A stretch of DNA of 64,000 nt, from NCBI GenBank assembly GCA_044440125.1, contig JBITAJ010000015.1, forward strand, positions 224,001 through 288,000. Reading direction: 5' to 3'. This stretch comes from Sedimentisphaeraceae bacterium JB056. Lineage in GTDB: Bacteria; Planctomycetota; Phycisphaerae; Sedimentisphaerales; Sedimentisphaeraceae. Position 1 is the stretch's first letter, and the number at the start of each line of letters is the position of its first letter. Below, one piece after another: positions 29,961-39,383 of this stretch. The notes beneath the pieces were generated by a model that did not search any database, was not told the origin of the DNA, and was given only the letters and a program-made list of their open reading frames with translations. The position numbers were made by a program, and so were the translations under genes.

Positions 29961-31082
29961 TTAATTGCACAGTTCTGGTGATTCGTTACAGTTCAATAGC
30001 CAGCTTTTGGATATTTCGGCCAGATCAAGCATGTTGACTTTGCAGTCTCCGTTGAGGTCGGCGGCATGCTTATAGATGCACGGCACATCAATTCCATATG
30101 CTATGATTCGTGTTACAACGTTATTTTGCAGGTTTCTGTACCAGAAATCATAGTCATAGCGATGGTAGACGCCTTCACCAAAATTGTCGCCGAAATCCAG
30201 GCTTGTTTTATACTCTTCGGGGATATTTGCCGTGAGTCCTCGTTGCACAGTATCAATTTGTGCATCGCAGAAGTTGAGATAAGGATAGCTGTCTGTTGTA
30301 AGCATTTCACCTGTTGCATGGTCGTAAATTACAGCACCCAGATGCATCTCGCTTGAAGCATAAGTATCATCGGTTTTCCAGTTGAGCGGGTTTATGCAGA
30401 TCGCATCATTACTGCTTACCATTGGACCGTGGTCTACTCCGGGGGCTTGCGTGTTGAAAGTTACGACAGCTTTCGTGTCCGATTCGCCTTGTGCTGCTGT
30501 TAAGCCTGTGCCTGCTAAATCTGCTTCTGTTATTGTTTCACCCAGCAGATATGCGGCGATCATGTTCTGACTGAGCGCCTGATTACTCGGAAAGTTATTC
30601 ATAATCAGCACTTTTAATGCACGTGTTCCCTGACTATGCCCTGCTAAAATAAACGGACGAGTCAATCCCGGATTGATGTTTGTGAGGTAGTAATTGAATG
30701 CATCATCAACATCGGCCTGCCCAATTGAATAATCGTAAGTTTGCCCTCCCGTGCTGCATTGCCTGTAATATGGGGCAACTATATTTGCCAGACCGAAGAA
30801 AATGGAAGCCTGAGACTTGTAAATTCCCAGAGCAAGTCCACGGTCTGTTTCGTTGTTTATGTCCATGTATCCGCTCGGGTCAGCACTTACAGTCGGGTAA
30901 ACATAAAACACATCGACAGGCTTATCATAAGATGTCGGTAATTTAAGCCAATTGTCAGCATCGCTGTAGTCAATATCTTCGGCTAAGACAAAAACTGGTA
31001 ACAAAAGCGTGAGCAGGGCGATGCGTTTTCCGATACTTGAACCTCTCTGTAATGCAAGTATGACAATAGTGCTAAATTTCAT
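29961..31082 (-). CDS. DUF3089 alpha/beta hydrolase with C-terminal dockerin-like motif
   Basis: VDVFYVYPT, APYYRQ, FILAGHSQG, CINPL.W, YH.YDY. Tail ADLNGDCKVNMLDL...WL. Confidence 0.85.
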   Translation of the reverse strand: MKFSTIVILALQRGSSIGKRIALLTLLLPVFVLAEDIDYSDADNWLKLPTSYDKPVDVFYVYPTVSADPSGYMDINNETDRGLALGIYKSQASIFFGLANIVAPYYRQCSTGGQTYDYSIGQADVDDAFNYYLTNINPGLTRPFILAGHSQGTRALKVLIMNNFPSNQALSQNMIAAYLLGETITEADLAGTGLTAAQGESDTKAVVTFNTQAPGVDHGPMVSSNDAICINPLNWKTDDTYASSEMHLGAVIYDHATGEMLTTDSYPYLNFCDAQIDTVQRGLTANIPEEYKTSLDFGDNFGEGVYHRYDYDFWYRNLQNNVVTRIIAYGIDVPCIYKHAADLNGDCKVNMLDLAEISKSWLLNCNESPELCN

Positions 31083-31143
31083 TTTTAACCTCCATTTACT
31101 AATAATTGCGTTAATCTATATTTTGCTGCCAACCGTAAAATAG

Positions 31144-31217
31144 CGTCCCCGGCAGGATTCGAACCTGCAACCTTCGGCTCCGGAAACCGATGCTCTATCC
31201 AATTGAGCCACGGGGAC
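31144..31217 (-). tRNA. tRNA-Arg(CCG)
   Basis: GTCCCCG...CGGGGAC-G acceptor stem, D-loop, anticodon loop TTCCGGA, GGTTCGAATCC T-arm. CCA is not encoded. Confidence 0.95.
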
Positions 31218-31234
31218 ATTCCCGCAAGATTGAT

Positions 31235-31262
31235 ATGATACATATTTGTATTATTTTGGCAA
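31235..31262 (-). promoter_or_regulatory. Sigma70-like promoter for tRNA-Arg
   Basis: Minus strand TTGCCA-N16-TATCAT. Confidence 0.45.
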
Positions 31263-31655
31263 GATTCAAAATAAAAGAATATGCATTCGTAAAAAAGCTT
31301 AAGTAAAGTAAGCCGATTTGTCTGTGCATGTTTGTGCATCGCTTGTCCGGATTAATTGTTTTTCAGATATCTGATTGTTTTAAGGCGACGGTACAGATTC
31401 TTTACATCTGTCATTATTTGTCTTATTCAGGCGATTTCGGAAGGCTGAAGGTTAAAATGTATCCTGTGTCGAAATGTTGTCTAAGTGTTTTTGACGTAGG
31501 GTTTTATATGCTTTTACGGTAGGCCTTTGCAGGGGTATTATAATCTTGCATTTATATGCTTGATTTGTTATAATTACTAAATTGGTTTTGATTTTTAATA
31601 ATATTAACTTTTCTGTTTAATAGAGTTTTGATAAATATATAAGGATTTTGCGATT

Positions 31656-33320
31656 ATGAAAAGTGATGAAGTTAAAAAAGGGTTTCAGAGAGCACCTCAC
31701 CGCGGGCTTCTGCATGCTTGCGGGGTTAAGAAAGAGGATCTTGGAAAGCCTTTTATTGCGATAGCAAATAGTTTTTGTGAAGTAGTACCCGGCCATGCTC
31801 ACCTTAACAAGGTTGCAGAGGTTGTAAAGCAGGCAGTAAGAGATGCCGGCGGTGTTCCTTTTGAGTTTAATACAATTGCAGTATGTGATGGTATTGCCAT
31901 GGGCCATAGCGGTATGAAATATTCATTGGCTTCTCGCGAGATCATTGCTGATGCGGTTGAGACAATGTGCCGTGCCCACTGTTTTGACGGTATGATATGT
32001 ATACCCAACTGTGACAAGGTTGTTCCTGGTATGCTTATGGCATCTATGCGAGTTAATATCCCTACAGTGTTTGTTTCCGGCGGCCCTATGATGGCCGGTA
32101 AGAAAGACGGCAAGCCTGTGGATTTGATCAGTATTTTTGAAGGTGTTGCTCAGCTCAAGCAGGGTACGATCAATGAGGAGCAGCTTGAAGACCTTGAGCA
32201 GTGTGCTTGTCCTACAGTTGGAAGCTGTTCGGGCATGTTCACCGCTAACAGCATGAACTGTCTGTGCGAAGTTATCGGCATGGCTCTACCGGGCAACGGA
32301 ACTATTCCGGCAGTCGATCCAAAACGTCAGGATCTTTACAAGCAGGCGGCAAAGGCCGTTATGAATCTTATTGATATCGATCTCAAGCCTCTTGATATTG
32401 TTCAGGCTAAGTCGGTTGACAATGCCTTTATCATTGATATGGCAATGGGCGGCTCTACCAATACAGTTCTCCATACACTTGCTATAGCCAACGAGGCCGG
32501 CATTGAGTATGATCTTGAAAGAATCAACGCAATAAGTCAGAAGTGTCCGAACATATGCAAGGTTTCGCCTTCAAGTTCATGGCATATCGAAGATGTTCAG
32601 GCAGCGGGCGGAATCAGTGCTATCATGAAAGAAATCAGCAAGATAGACGGGCTCCTTGACACTACAAGACCTACCGTAACCGGTAAGACTCTTGGTGAAA
32701 ATATTGCTGATGCTGATATCAAAGACACAGAATGTATCCATACTCTTGATAATCCATACTCGCAGAAGGGCGGGTTGTCAATTCTTCGTGGAAATCTTGC
32801 ACCTAACGGCTGTGTTGTGAAGACTGCCGGTGTTGCAAAGGCAATGCTTGTGCATTCAGGACCAGCAGTTATATTTGAGAGTCAGGAAGAGGCCTGCGAA
32901 GGTATTCTTGACGGCAAGGTCAAGGCTGGTGATGTGGTTATTATCCGATATGAAGGTCCAAAGGGCGGCCCTGGTATGCAGGAGATGCTTAGTCCGACAA
33001 GTTACATAATGGGAGCTGGTTTGGGTGAGTCGGTAGCTCTTATTACTGATGGTCGTTTCAGCGGCGGTACTCATGGCGCAAGTATTGGACATGTAAGCCC
33101 TGAAGCGGCAAACGGCGGGCCTATAGCTTTCGTTAAGGAAGGCGATATCATTGATATTGATATTCCTAACAACAGCATAAAAGTTAATATCAGCGATGAA
33201 GAATTCGCAAAGCGTAAAGAAGGCTGGGTTGCTCCAGAGCCTCGTATCAAGAGCGGTTATCTTGCGAAATATGCAGCAATGGCAACCAGTGCTGATACCG
33301 GCGGCGTTCTTAAGTGGTGA
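31656..33320 (+). CDS. ilvD: Dihydroxy-acid dehydratase
   Basis: [47 protein letters not shown]. Confidence 0.97.
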   Translation: MKSDEVKKGFQRAPHRGLLHACGVKKEDLGKPFIAIANSFCEVVPGHAHLNKVAEVVKQAVRDAGGVPFEFNTIAVCDGIAMGHSGMKYSLASREIIADAVETMCRAHCFDGMICIPNCDKVVPGMLMASMRVNIPTVFVSGGPMMAGKKDGKPVDLISIFEGVAQLKQGTINEEQLEDLEQCACPTVGSCSGMFTANSMNCLCEVIGMALPGNGTIPAVDPKRQDLYKQAAKAVMNLIDIDLKPLDIVQAKSVDNAFIIDMAMGGSTNTVLHTLAIANEAGIEYDLERINAISQKCPNICKVSPSSSWHIEDVQAAGGISAIMKEISKIDGLLDTTRPTVTGKTLGENIADADIKDTECIHTLDNPYSQKGGLSILRGNLAPNGCVVKTAGVAKAMLVHSGPAVIFESQEEACEGILDGKVKAGDVVIIRYEGPKGGPGMQEMLSPTSYIMGAGLGESVALITDGRFSGGTHGASIGHVSPEAANGGPIAFVKEGDIIDIDIPNNSIKVNISDEEFAKRKEGWVAPEPRIKSGYLAKYAAMATSADTGGVLKW

Positions 33321-33339
33321 TATACAGGAGCGTAGAATC

Positions 33340-33762
33340 ATGAAACAGCCTTGGTATATAGCCGGTTTGCATTTTGAATGTGTACAGTGCGGCAACTGCT
33401 GCAGCGGCCCTGAAGAGGGCTATATCTGGATCTCTGAAAGAGAGATCGAAATGGCAGCAGATGAGCTTGGCATGAGCAAGGAGCAGTTTGCTCAACAGTA
33501 TACAAAAGTTGAATGCGGCGATGTTACGCTTGTTGAAGAAAAGACAACGAAAGATTGTATCTTTCTGTCAAATAAATGTTGTGGTATTTATAAGGTACGG
33601 CCTAATCAGTGCCGTACCTGGCCATTTTGGGATATGAATCTTGAGAGTCCTGAAGATTGGGGCTGGGCCTCTTCAAGGTGTCCGGGGATCAATAGGGGGC
33701 GTCTGTACACATATCAGGAAATAGAGGAAATCAGAACATGCAGGAAGTGGTGGAATGACTGA
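33340..33762 (+). CDS. YkgJ family (CxxCxxCC) cysteine-cluster protein
   Basis: FECVQCGNCC, C.FL, C.IY..RP.QCRTWPFW, CPGI. ATG follows AGGAG. Confidence 0.88.
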   Translation: MKQPWYIAGLHFECVQCGNCCSGPEEGYIWISEREIEMAADELGMSKEQFAQQYTKVECGDVTLVEEKTTKDCIFLSNKCCGIYKVRPNQCRTWPFWDMNLESPEDWGWASSRCPGINRGRLYTYQEIEEIRTCRKWWND

Positions 33763-34174
33763 TAAGAAAAGAGTTATCGAAGAAGTTGAGGAAGTCTACA
33801 AGGCTATTGATCAGAGAATGAAAAACGCATTGCCTGATAATATATATTGCAAGACTTGCGGTTGCTGCTGTGATTTTAAGACATACGGACACAGGCTGTA
33901 TGTAACTACTCCCGAGATACTGTATTTTAATCATTTTGTTCCGGTTAAAAAGAAAATGGAAGATGGAGTGTGTCCTTACAGGACGGATGAAAATCATTGT
34001 GAAATTCATCCTTACCGGTTCTCCGGCTGTAGGATTTATCTTTGCGATGCTGACAAGGAACTGCAGTCAGAGTTGAGTGAATTTGCAATATCAAGATTCA
34101 GGCAGATATGCGAGAAGCACGATATCGAGTATCGTTATACCGATCTTGCCAAGGCTCTTGAACTTGTTGAATAA
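33755..34174 (+). CDS. YkgJ-like cysteine-cluster protein (second)
   Basis: CKTCGCCC, CPY, CEIHPYRFSGCRIYLC. Confidence 0.8.
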   Translation: MTDKKRVIEEVEEVYKAIDQRMKNALPDNIYCKTCGCCCDFKTYGHRLYVTTPEILYFNHFVPVKKKMEDGVCPYRTDENHCEIHPYRFSGCRIYLCDADKELQSELSEFAISRFRQICEKHDIEYRYTDLAKALELVE

Positions 34175-34198
34175 ATACGTGAAAGGAAATTCGAGCAA

Positions 34199-35503
34199 AT
34201 GTCTTCGAATATAGAATCTATAGCGTCAGCGGCCAAGATGGCATCCATTGAGCTTGCCGCGGCAGATACCGAACTTAAAAATAAAGCTCTTGCTAATATT
34301 GCAAAGACTCTGAAGAGCAAGGCTGATGAGATAATCAAGGCAAATCAGGCCGATCTTGATAATGCCGTAAAAGACAATTTGGATAAGCCTCTCCTAAGAA
34401 GGCTTAAGTTTGACCAGGCTAAGATAGACGGCGTGTGCGATGGGATTGAAAGTTTGATAAAGCTGCCCGAGCCGGTTGGTGCGACGCTTGATGCTACACT
34501 TCTCGATGAAGGGTTGGAGCTTTATAAAGTTAGCTGTCCGATTGGCGTAATCGGTGTGATATTTGAGTCACGTCCTGATGCTCTTGTTCAGATATCCACA
34601 TTATGTCTAAAGAGCGGCAATGCTGTGTTGCTTAAAGGTGGATCTGAGGCGATGAATACCAATCGCATTCTTGCCGACCTTATTGCTCAGGCTTGTCGTG
34701 AAGTTGGTTTGCCGGATGGATGGATAGGGCTTCTCGAAACCCGTCAGGATGTCTCGGGGATGCTTGGTCTTGATGAGTATATCGATCTTATCGTTCCAAG
34801 AGGTTCGAATGAATTTGTAAGCTACATCATGAAAAATACAAGCATACCTGTTCTCGGTCATGCTGATGGTATTTGTCATGGCTATATAGATGCGGATGCT
34901 GATATTGACATGGCGGTTCGACTTGCGTTTGATTCAAAATGCCAATACCCTGCGGTATGCAATGCGATGGAGACGCTGCTTGTCCATGAGGATGTAGCGG
35001 ATAAATTTCTGCCAAAGGTAAAGGCTGAGTATGATAAGGCTGATACAAAGCTTTTCGGCTGCGAAAGAACAGCGGCGATAATCGATGTAGAACCAGCGAC
35101 TGAGCAGGACTGGAAGACTGAGTATCTTGATTATATCCTTTCGATAAAGATTGTTGACAGCCTTGCAGAAGCTATTGCCCACATAAACAAATATGGTTCA
35201 GGACATACTGATCTGATAGTAACGGGCAACAAGGAGGCCGCAAAAAAATTCATGGCTCTTGTTGACAGCGGCGATGTTTTCTGGAATGCCAGCACGCGTT
35301 TCAGTGATGGTTTCCGTTATGGGCTTGGTGCCGAAGTTGGAATCAGTACTAACAAAATACATGCGAGAGGACCGGTTGGTCTTGAAGGACTTTTGATATA
35401 TAAGTGGAAGCTTATAGGAAAAGGACAGACCGTTTCAGATTTCTCAGGCGAGGGCGGCAGAAAGTTTACCCATACAAAACTGGATAAAGAATTCAAGCTT
35501 TAG
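34199..35503 (+). CDS. proA: Gamma-glutamyl phosphate reductase
   Basis: IFESRPD, KGGSEA, CNAMETLL, GSGHTD, NASTRFSDG, ISTNKIHARGP. Confidence 0.97.
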   Translation: MSSNIESIASAAKMASIELAAADTELKNKALANIAKTLKSKADEIIKANQADLDNAVKDNLDKPLLRRLKFDQAKIDGVCDGIESLIKLPEPVGATLDATLLDEGLELYKVSCPIGVIGVIFESRPDALVQISTLCLKSGNAVLLKGGSEAMNTNRILADLIAQACREVGLPDGWIGLLETRQDVSGMLGLDEYIDLIVPRGSNEFVSYIMKNTSIPVLGHADGICHGYIDADADIDMAVRLAFDSKCQYPAVCNAMETLLVHEDVADKFLPKVKAEYDKADTKLFGCERTAAIIDVEPATEQDWKTEYLDYILSIKIVDSLAEAIAHINKYGSGHTDLIVTGNKEAAKKFMALVDSGDVFWNASTRFSDGFRYGLGAEVGISTNKIHARGPVGLEGLLIYKWKLIGKGQTVSDFSGEGGRKFTHTKLDKEFKL

Positions 35504-35520
35504 ATACGGTAATTTTGCCG

Positions 35521-36609
35521 ATGGATAATTTAGCGAAAAATAATAAATTATTCGACAGGGTTGTGTCCATACTTGAGGACGCGAGGGCTAATATTGCGCG
35601 GTCAATTAACGCCAATATGGTAATCGCCTATTGGCTAATCGGCAGAGAGATTGTTGAAGAGATTCAAAATGGCAGCGACAGGGCAGAATATGGTAAGCAG
35701 ATAATTGAAAATCTTTCCAAATATCTAAATGAAAGGTATAAAAAGGGGTTTTCAGTGTCTAATCTGAAATATTTTAGGAGTTTCTATATCGCCTATCCTG
35801 ACAGGTGCGATCAAATTAGCCACCCGACGGGTGGCCAATCTCTAACGTTTTTTAATCCTAAACTCAGTTGGTCGCATTATCGCGCTCTTACACAGGTTAA
35901 AAATAGAAAAGAGCGTGATTTCTACGAAAAAGAGGCTGCCGAATGTGGATGGAGCAAGGCCCAGCTCGAACGGCAGATACAGACATCCTACTACAAAAGG
36001 ATTATCGCAAACAGGGGAGAGGCCGGGATAACCCCAGCAAACAGAGAACGCCTGGAAGGTGAAGAAATCAATCCTGCCGATATGCTTAAATCTCCATATG
36101 TGCTGGAGTTTCTTGGCTTGCCGGATTCGACGCAATTGCATGAAACGCAGCTTGAAGATGCTATTATTACTAATATTCAGTCTTTTCTGCTGGAGCTCGG
36201 TAAAGGCTTTTCTTTTGTGGCGAGACAGAAAAAGATATCGTTTGATGATGATTCCTTCTATATAGATCTGGTATTTTATAATTATATCCTGAAATGTTTC
36301 TTGTTAATCGATCTGAAAATTGGTAAGCTTACTCATAGAGACATAGGCCAGATGGACGGGTATGTCAGGCTGTTTGAGAATGAGTTCAAGGTAGAAGGAG
36401 ATAATCCTACCATTGGACTGATTCTGTGTTCCGACAAAAGTGAGACTGTTGCGAAATATTCAGTCTTAAGTGAAAGTAAAAATCTGTTTGCCGCAAAATA
36501 TCTTGACTTCATGCCGACCGAAAAACAGCTTGAATTAGAGGTCATGCGGGAAAGAAAATTAATAGAGAATAACAATTTAAGAGAGTTAAAAAACAACGAT
36601 GATAGTTGA
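35521..36609 (+). CDS. YhcG/DUF1016 family PD-(D/E)XK nuclease-domain protein
   Basis: YW.IG..IVE, YG..II..LS, LSWSHY, KSPYVLEFL, LLELGKGF.F, IDLVFY, IDLK, GQM..Y, PTIGLILC. Confidence 0.92.
   Translation: MDNLAKNNKLFDRVVSILEDARANIARSINANMVIAYWLIGREIVEEIQNGSDRAEYGKQIIENLSKYLNERYKKGFSVSNLKYFRSFYIAYPDRCDQISHPTGGQSLTFFNPKLSWSHYRALTQVKNRKERDFYEKEAAECGWSKAQLERQIQTSYYKRIIANRGEAGITPANRERLEGEEINPADMLKSPYVLEFLGLPDSTQLHETQLEDAIITNIQSFLLELGKGFSFVARQKKISFDDDSFYIDLVFYNYILKCFLLIDLKIGKLTHRDIGQMDGYVRLFENEFKVEGDNPTIGLILCSDKSETVAKYSVLSESKNLFAAKYLDFMPTEKQLELEVMRERKLIENNNLRELKNNDDS
35815..35839. repeat. 25-bp palindrome inside the yhcG coding sequence
   Basis: ATTAGCCACCCG-A-CGGGTGGCCAAT, with 11 of 12 arm positions complementary. 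Confidence 0.85.
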
Positions 36610-37054
36610 TACAGTAGCGAATGATGTGTTTCCAGAGTTATTGCCCGAGCCGCTCGCTAAGGCAGTTGATATTGCATTCAATCAGGATTTTTCTCAGCTT
36701 GAAGATGGTGAGTACCAGGTTGACGGCGATGACTTGTTTTATATAGTTCAGCGTTACAAGACAAAACCTCAAAGTGAGGGTAAGCTCGAAACGCACAGAA
36801 AATATATCGACCTGCAATTCATGGTCAGCGGCAGCGAAACAATAGGTTATGCACCGTTAAATCAGATGGTTGCCGATATGGATTATGATGAGCAAAGAGA
36901 TGTTATCTTTTTTAAAGAATCTCCGACAATGACCAATATTGTTATGACGCCTGGAATGTATGCCATATTCTATCCGGAAGACGGCCATGCTCCGGGAATG
37001 GTTGCCGGTGAAAGTCAGGATGTTTGCAAAGTAGTATTCAAGATCAAAGTTTGA
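36599..37054 (+). CDS. YhcH/YjgK/YiaL (NanQ-like) family protein
   Basis: ETHRKYIDLQ, G.E.IGY, IFYPED.HAP, KVVFK. Confidence 0.9.
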   Translation: MIVDTVANDVFPELLPEPLAKAVDIAFNQDFSQLEDGEYQVDGDDLFYIVQRYKTKPQSEGKLETHRKYIDLQFMVSGSETIGYAPLNQMVADMDYDEQRDVIFFKESPTMTNIVMTPGMYAIFYPEDGHAPGMVAGESQDVCKVVFKIKV

Positions 37055-37073
37055 TTTCTAAAACGGAGGAGAA

Positions 37074-38096
37074 TTGTCAAATAGGGATGCTAAAATCGGA
37101 ATCATCTATACAGGTGGTACCATTGGCGGCAGCGGCCTTGATCTGATAGACGGCAAGCTTGATGAGCAGGCCTTTCTGAAGATGCTTGTTGAAAAAGAAG
37201 TCGTCGCAGATACCGATAAAATCGAGTTTCGGTGTCCTCTGGTCAAATTCAGTGAGTGTATGATGCCTTCGGACTGGCCTCTGATTGCCAGAGAAGTTGC
37301 TTCACTCCTGAGTGAGGTTTCCGGTGTTATAGTTCTTCACGGTACTGATACACTTTGCTACACGGCTGCGGCTGTCGCTTTTATGCTGGGTGATGTTCCT
37401 GTTCCGGTTATGTTTACCGGGGCCAATATCCCATTTTCAAGAGAGGGAAGCGATGCTCAAAAGAATATTGTCGACAGCATTTCGGCTGTACGAAGCGGTG
37501 AGTTTTCAGGTGTCTGCATTTGCTTTGCCGGTGAGGTACATTCGGCGGTAAGGACACGCAAGGTGCGAACTTCGGGTAACTCTTATGAAAGTGTTGGATG
37601 TTCTCCGCTTGGTTCAGTTGTTTGGTCAGCTGTGGCGAGCAGCTATGCAGTGAATACTCAAAATGCGGCTTATTATCAGAATGTTAAAAAAGCATCCTCT
37701 TTTTTGATCGATTCCAATGTAAGCTTATATAAGATGTATCCGGGCTTTATGGCTTCATCTGTTTCGAACGACAATTCCAAGGCAATTATCCTGGAACTCT
37801 ATAACGATGGTACTGGCCCGGTAGGGCTTGGAGATTCTTACAGCCTTGATGTTAATATTGCGAAAATAGATAAACCTGTCTTTGCAACATCTCAGCAACT
37901 CTGTTCAGTGGAGCTTGATACCTACGGCAGCTCCGGTGAACTCAGAAAGGCCGGGCTTACGGGCTTGAAAACAATGCTCACAGAGGTTGCGATTGTCAAA
38001 CTTATGTGGCTGCTTGGATGTGGGTTCAAGGGGCAGCAATTGAAGGATAAGATGCTTGAAGATATTCGCGGCGAATTTGGTTTTGATAACGAATAA
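37074..38096 (+). CDS. L-asparaginase (type I) family protein
   Basis: YTGGTI and HGTDT catalytic Thr motifs. TTG start follows GGAGGA. Confidence 0.85.
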   Translation: MSNRDAKIGIIYTGGTIGGSGLDLIDGKLDEQAFLKMLVEKEVVADTDKIEFRCPLVKFSECMMPSDWPLIAREVASLLSEVSGVIVLHGTDTLCYTAAAVAFMLGDVPVPVMFTGANIPFSREGSDAQKNIVDSISAVRSGEFSGVCICFAGEVHSAVRTRKVRTSGNSYESVGCSPLGSVVWSAVASSYAVNTQNAAYYQNVKKASSFLIDSNVSLYKMYPGFMASSVSNDNSKAIILELYNDGTGPVGLGDSYSLDVNIAKIDKPVFATSQQLCSVELDTYGSSGELRKAGLTGLKTMLTEVAIVKLMWLLGCGFKGQQLKDKMLEDIRGEFGFDNE

Positions 38097-38111
38097 TCGT
38101 TCTGGAAATAT

Positions 38112-38969
38112 ATGACACAGACACAATGGACAACAACTAAACTGCTCGACTGGATGGTCGGTTATCTTGATAAGGCCGGCGTTGAATCTGCTCGCTTGCG
38201 TTCTGAGATGATTCTTTCGCATGTGCTTGGTTTGCAGCGTATAATGCTGTATATAAGTACTCCGGTGGCTCCCGATAAGCTCGCGACTCTCAAAGAACTT
38301 GTGCGTGAGGCCGCCAGCCATAAGCCGGTTGAGTATATCATCGGCTATACTACATTTTATTCTATCACGATCAAAGTCAGCAGTGATACGCTCATACCTC
38401 GTCCGGAGACCGAGGACCTTGTGCGATACGCGGTTGATACGCTTAGAGGCAGTGACAGCAAAAAAGTGCTTGATTTGTGCAGCGGCAGCGGATGTATAGC
38501 GGCGGCTGTAGCGAAGAATGTCGCTGATTGTCAGGTTGCGGCTGCCGATATTTCTCAAGGAGCCTTGGAAGTGGCGGCCGAGAATTTCAGGCAGTGCGGT
38601 GTTGAAGACAGGGTAAGGGTCGTTCAGGGCGATTTGTTCGAGCCGCTTGCCGGTGAGCAGTTCGACCTCATCATATCGAATCCTCCGTATGTGACAACAG
38701 GGGAATATGCGGAGCTTGATAAGAATGTGAGGGATTATGAGCCGTCTTTGGCATTATTGGCCGGTGATGACGGTCTGGATTTCTATAAAGAGATAATAAA
38801 ACAATCGCCTGAATATCTGACTGATGGCGGTAAACTGCTTCTGGAAATCGGATACCAGCAGGCTGGCGCCGTGAAGAAGCTTCTTGAAGAAAACGGAAAT
38901 TTCAAAGATATACTGGTGTATAAAGATTTCGCGAATAACGACAGGGTGGTATCAGCGGTTAAGAGTTAA
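38112..38969 (+). CDS. prmC: Release factor glutamine methyltransferase
   Basis: LIPRPETE, DLCSGSGCI, SNPPY, EP..AL..G.DGL, EIG. Confidence 0.95.
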   Translation: MTQTQWTTTKLLDWMVGYLDKAGVESARLRSEMILSHVLGLQRIMLYISTPVAPDKLATLKELVREAASHKPVEYIIGYTTFYSITIKVSSDTLIPRPETEDLVRYAVDTLRGSDSKKVLDLCSGSGCIAAAVAKNVADCQVAAADISQGALEVAAENFRQCGVEDRVRVVQGDLFEPLAGEQFDLIISNPPYVTTGEYAELDKNVRDYEPSLALLAGDDGLDFYKEIIKQSPEYLTDGGKLLLEIGYQQAGAVKKLLEENGNFKDILVYKDFANNDRVVSAVKS

Positions 38970-38977
38970 AAGAAAGA

Positions 38978-39060
38978 TGCGAGCGAAAGGAGTCGAACCT
39001 TCACATCCTGAGGATACCAGAACCTAAATCTGGCGCGTCTGCCAATTCCGCCACGCTCGC
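38978..39060 (-). tRNA. tRNA-Leu(TAG)
   Basis: GCGAGCG...CGCTCGC-A acceptor stem, anticodon arm CCAGA-TTTAGGT-TCTGG, long variable arm, GGTTCGACTCC. CCA is not encoded. Confidence 0.95.
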
Positions 39061-39077
39061 ATTTGAGTTTTCTTTTA

Positions 39078-39311
39078 TTATTTGCTTTCGTCAGTTTTTG
39101 ACGAAGCTGCAATGGTTTCAAGCTTTTCTTCACATCTTCCGAGTATTTCACGGCAATGTGCTATCAGCTTCATACCTGTCTCGAATTTTGTCAGGCTTTC
39201 TTCCAAAGGCGTTTGCCCTGTTTCGATGCCTCTGACAATTTCTTCAAGGCGGGTTATTGTATCTTCAAAATTCAATTTGTCCAGTTCTATTTCTGATAGT
39301 TTCTCATTCAT
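39078..39311 (-). CDS. xseB: Exodeoxyribonuclease VII small subunit
   Basis: FE..I.RLEEIV..IE.G..PLEESL..FE.G..L...C. Confidence 0.9.
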   Translation of the reverse strand: MNEKLSEIELDKLNFEDTITRLEEIVRGIETGQTPLEESLTKFETGMKLIAHCREILGRCEEKLETIAASSKTDESK

Positions 39312-39383
39312 AGCAAAAAAATCCGCATAATTTACAAAAAAGTTTAAATTCAATATTTAATTGAGCCAATATAGCCGCTGTAT

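Noticed and set aside
28330..31217. Integrative element at tRNA-Arg
   Set aside because: No integrase and no duplicated tRNA 3' end seen. Only the low-GC islet was kept as a finding.
31085..31339. 84-aa ORF, and 38966-39151 ORF
   Set aside because: Both overlap tRNA genes on the same strand and are spurious.
33196..33339. Upstream extensions in the ORF track (33196, 4477, 9421, 60761, 42503, 28436)
   Set aside because: They overlap neighbouring genes or lack an RBS. Downstream ATGs fit the RBS, signal peptides or family N-termini better.
35521..37054. yhcG next to yhcH, echoing the E. coli gene names
   Set aside because: No nan genes nearby and no evidence of a functional link; probably coincidence.
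31141..39060. Both tRNAs lack an encoded CCA
   Set aside because: Common in bacteria that add CCA enzymatically; not evidence of pseudogenes.
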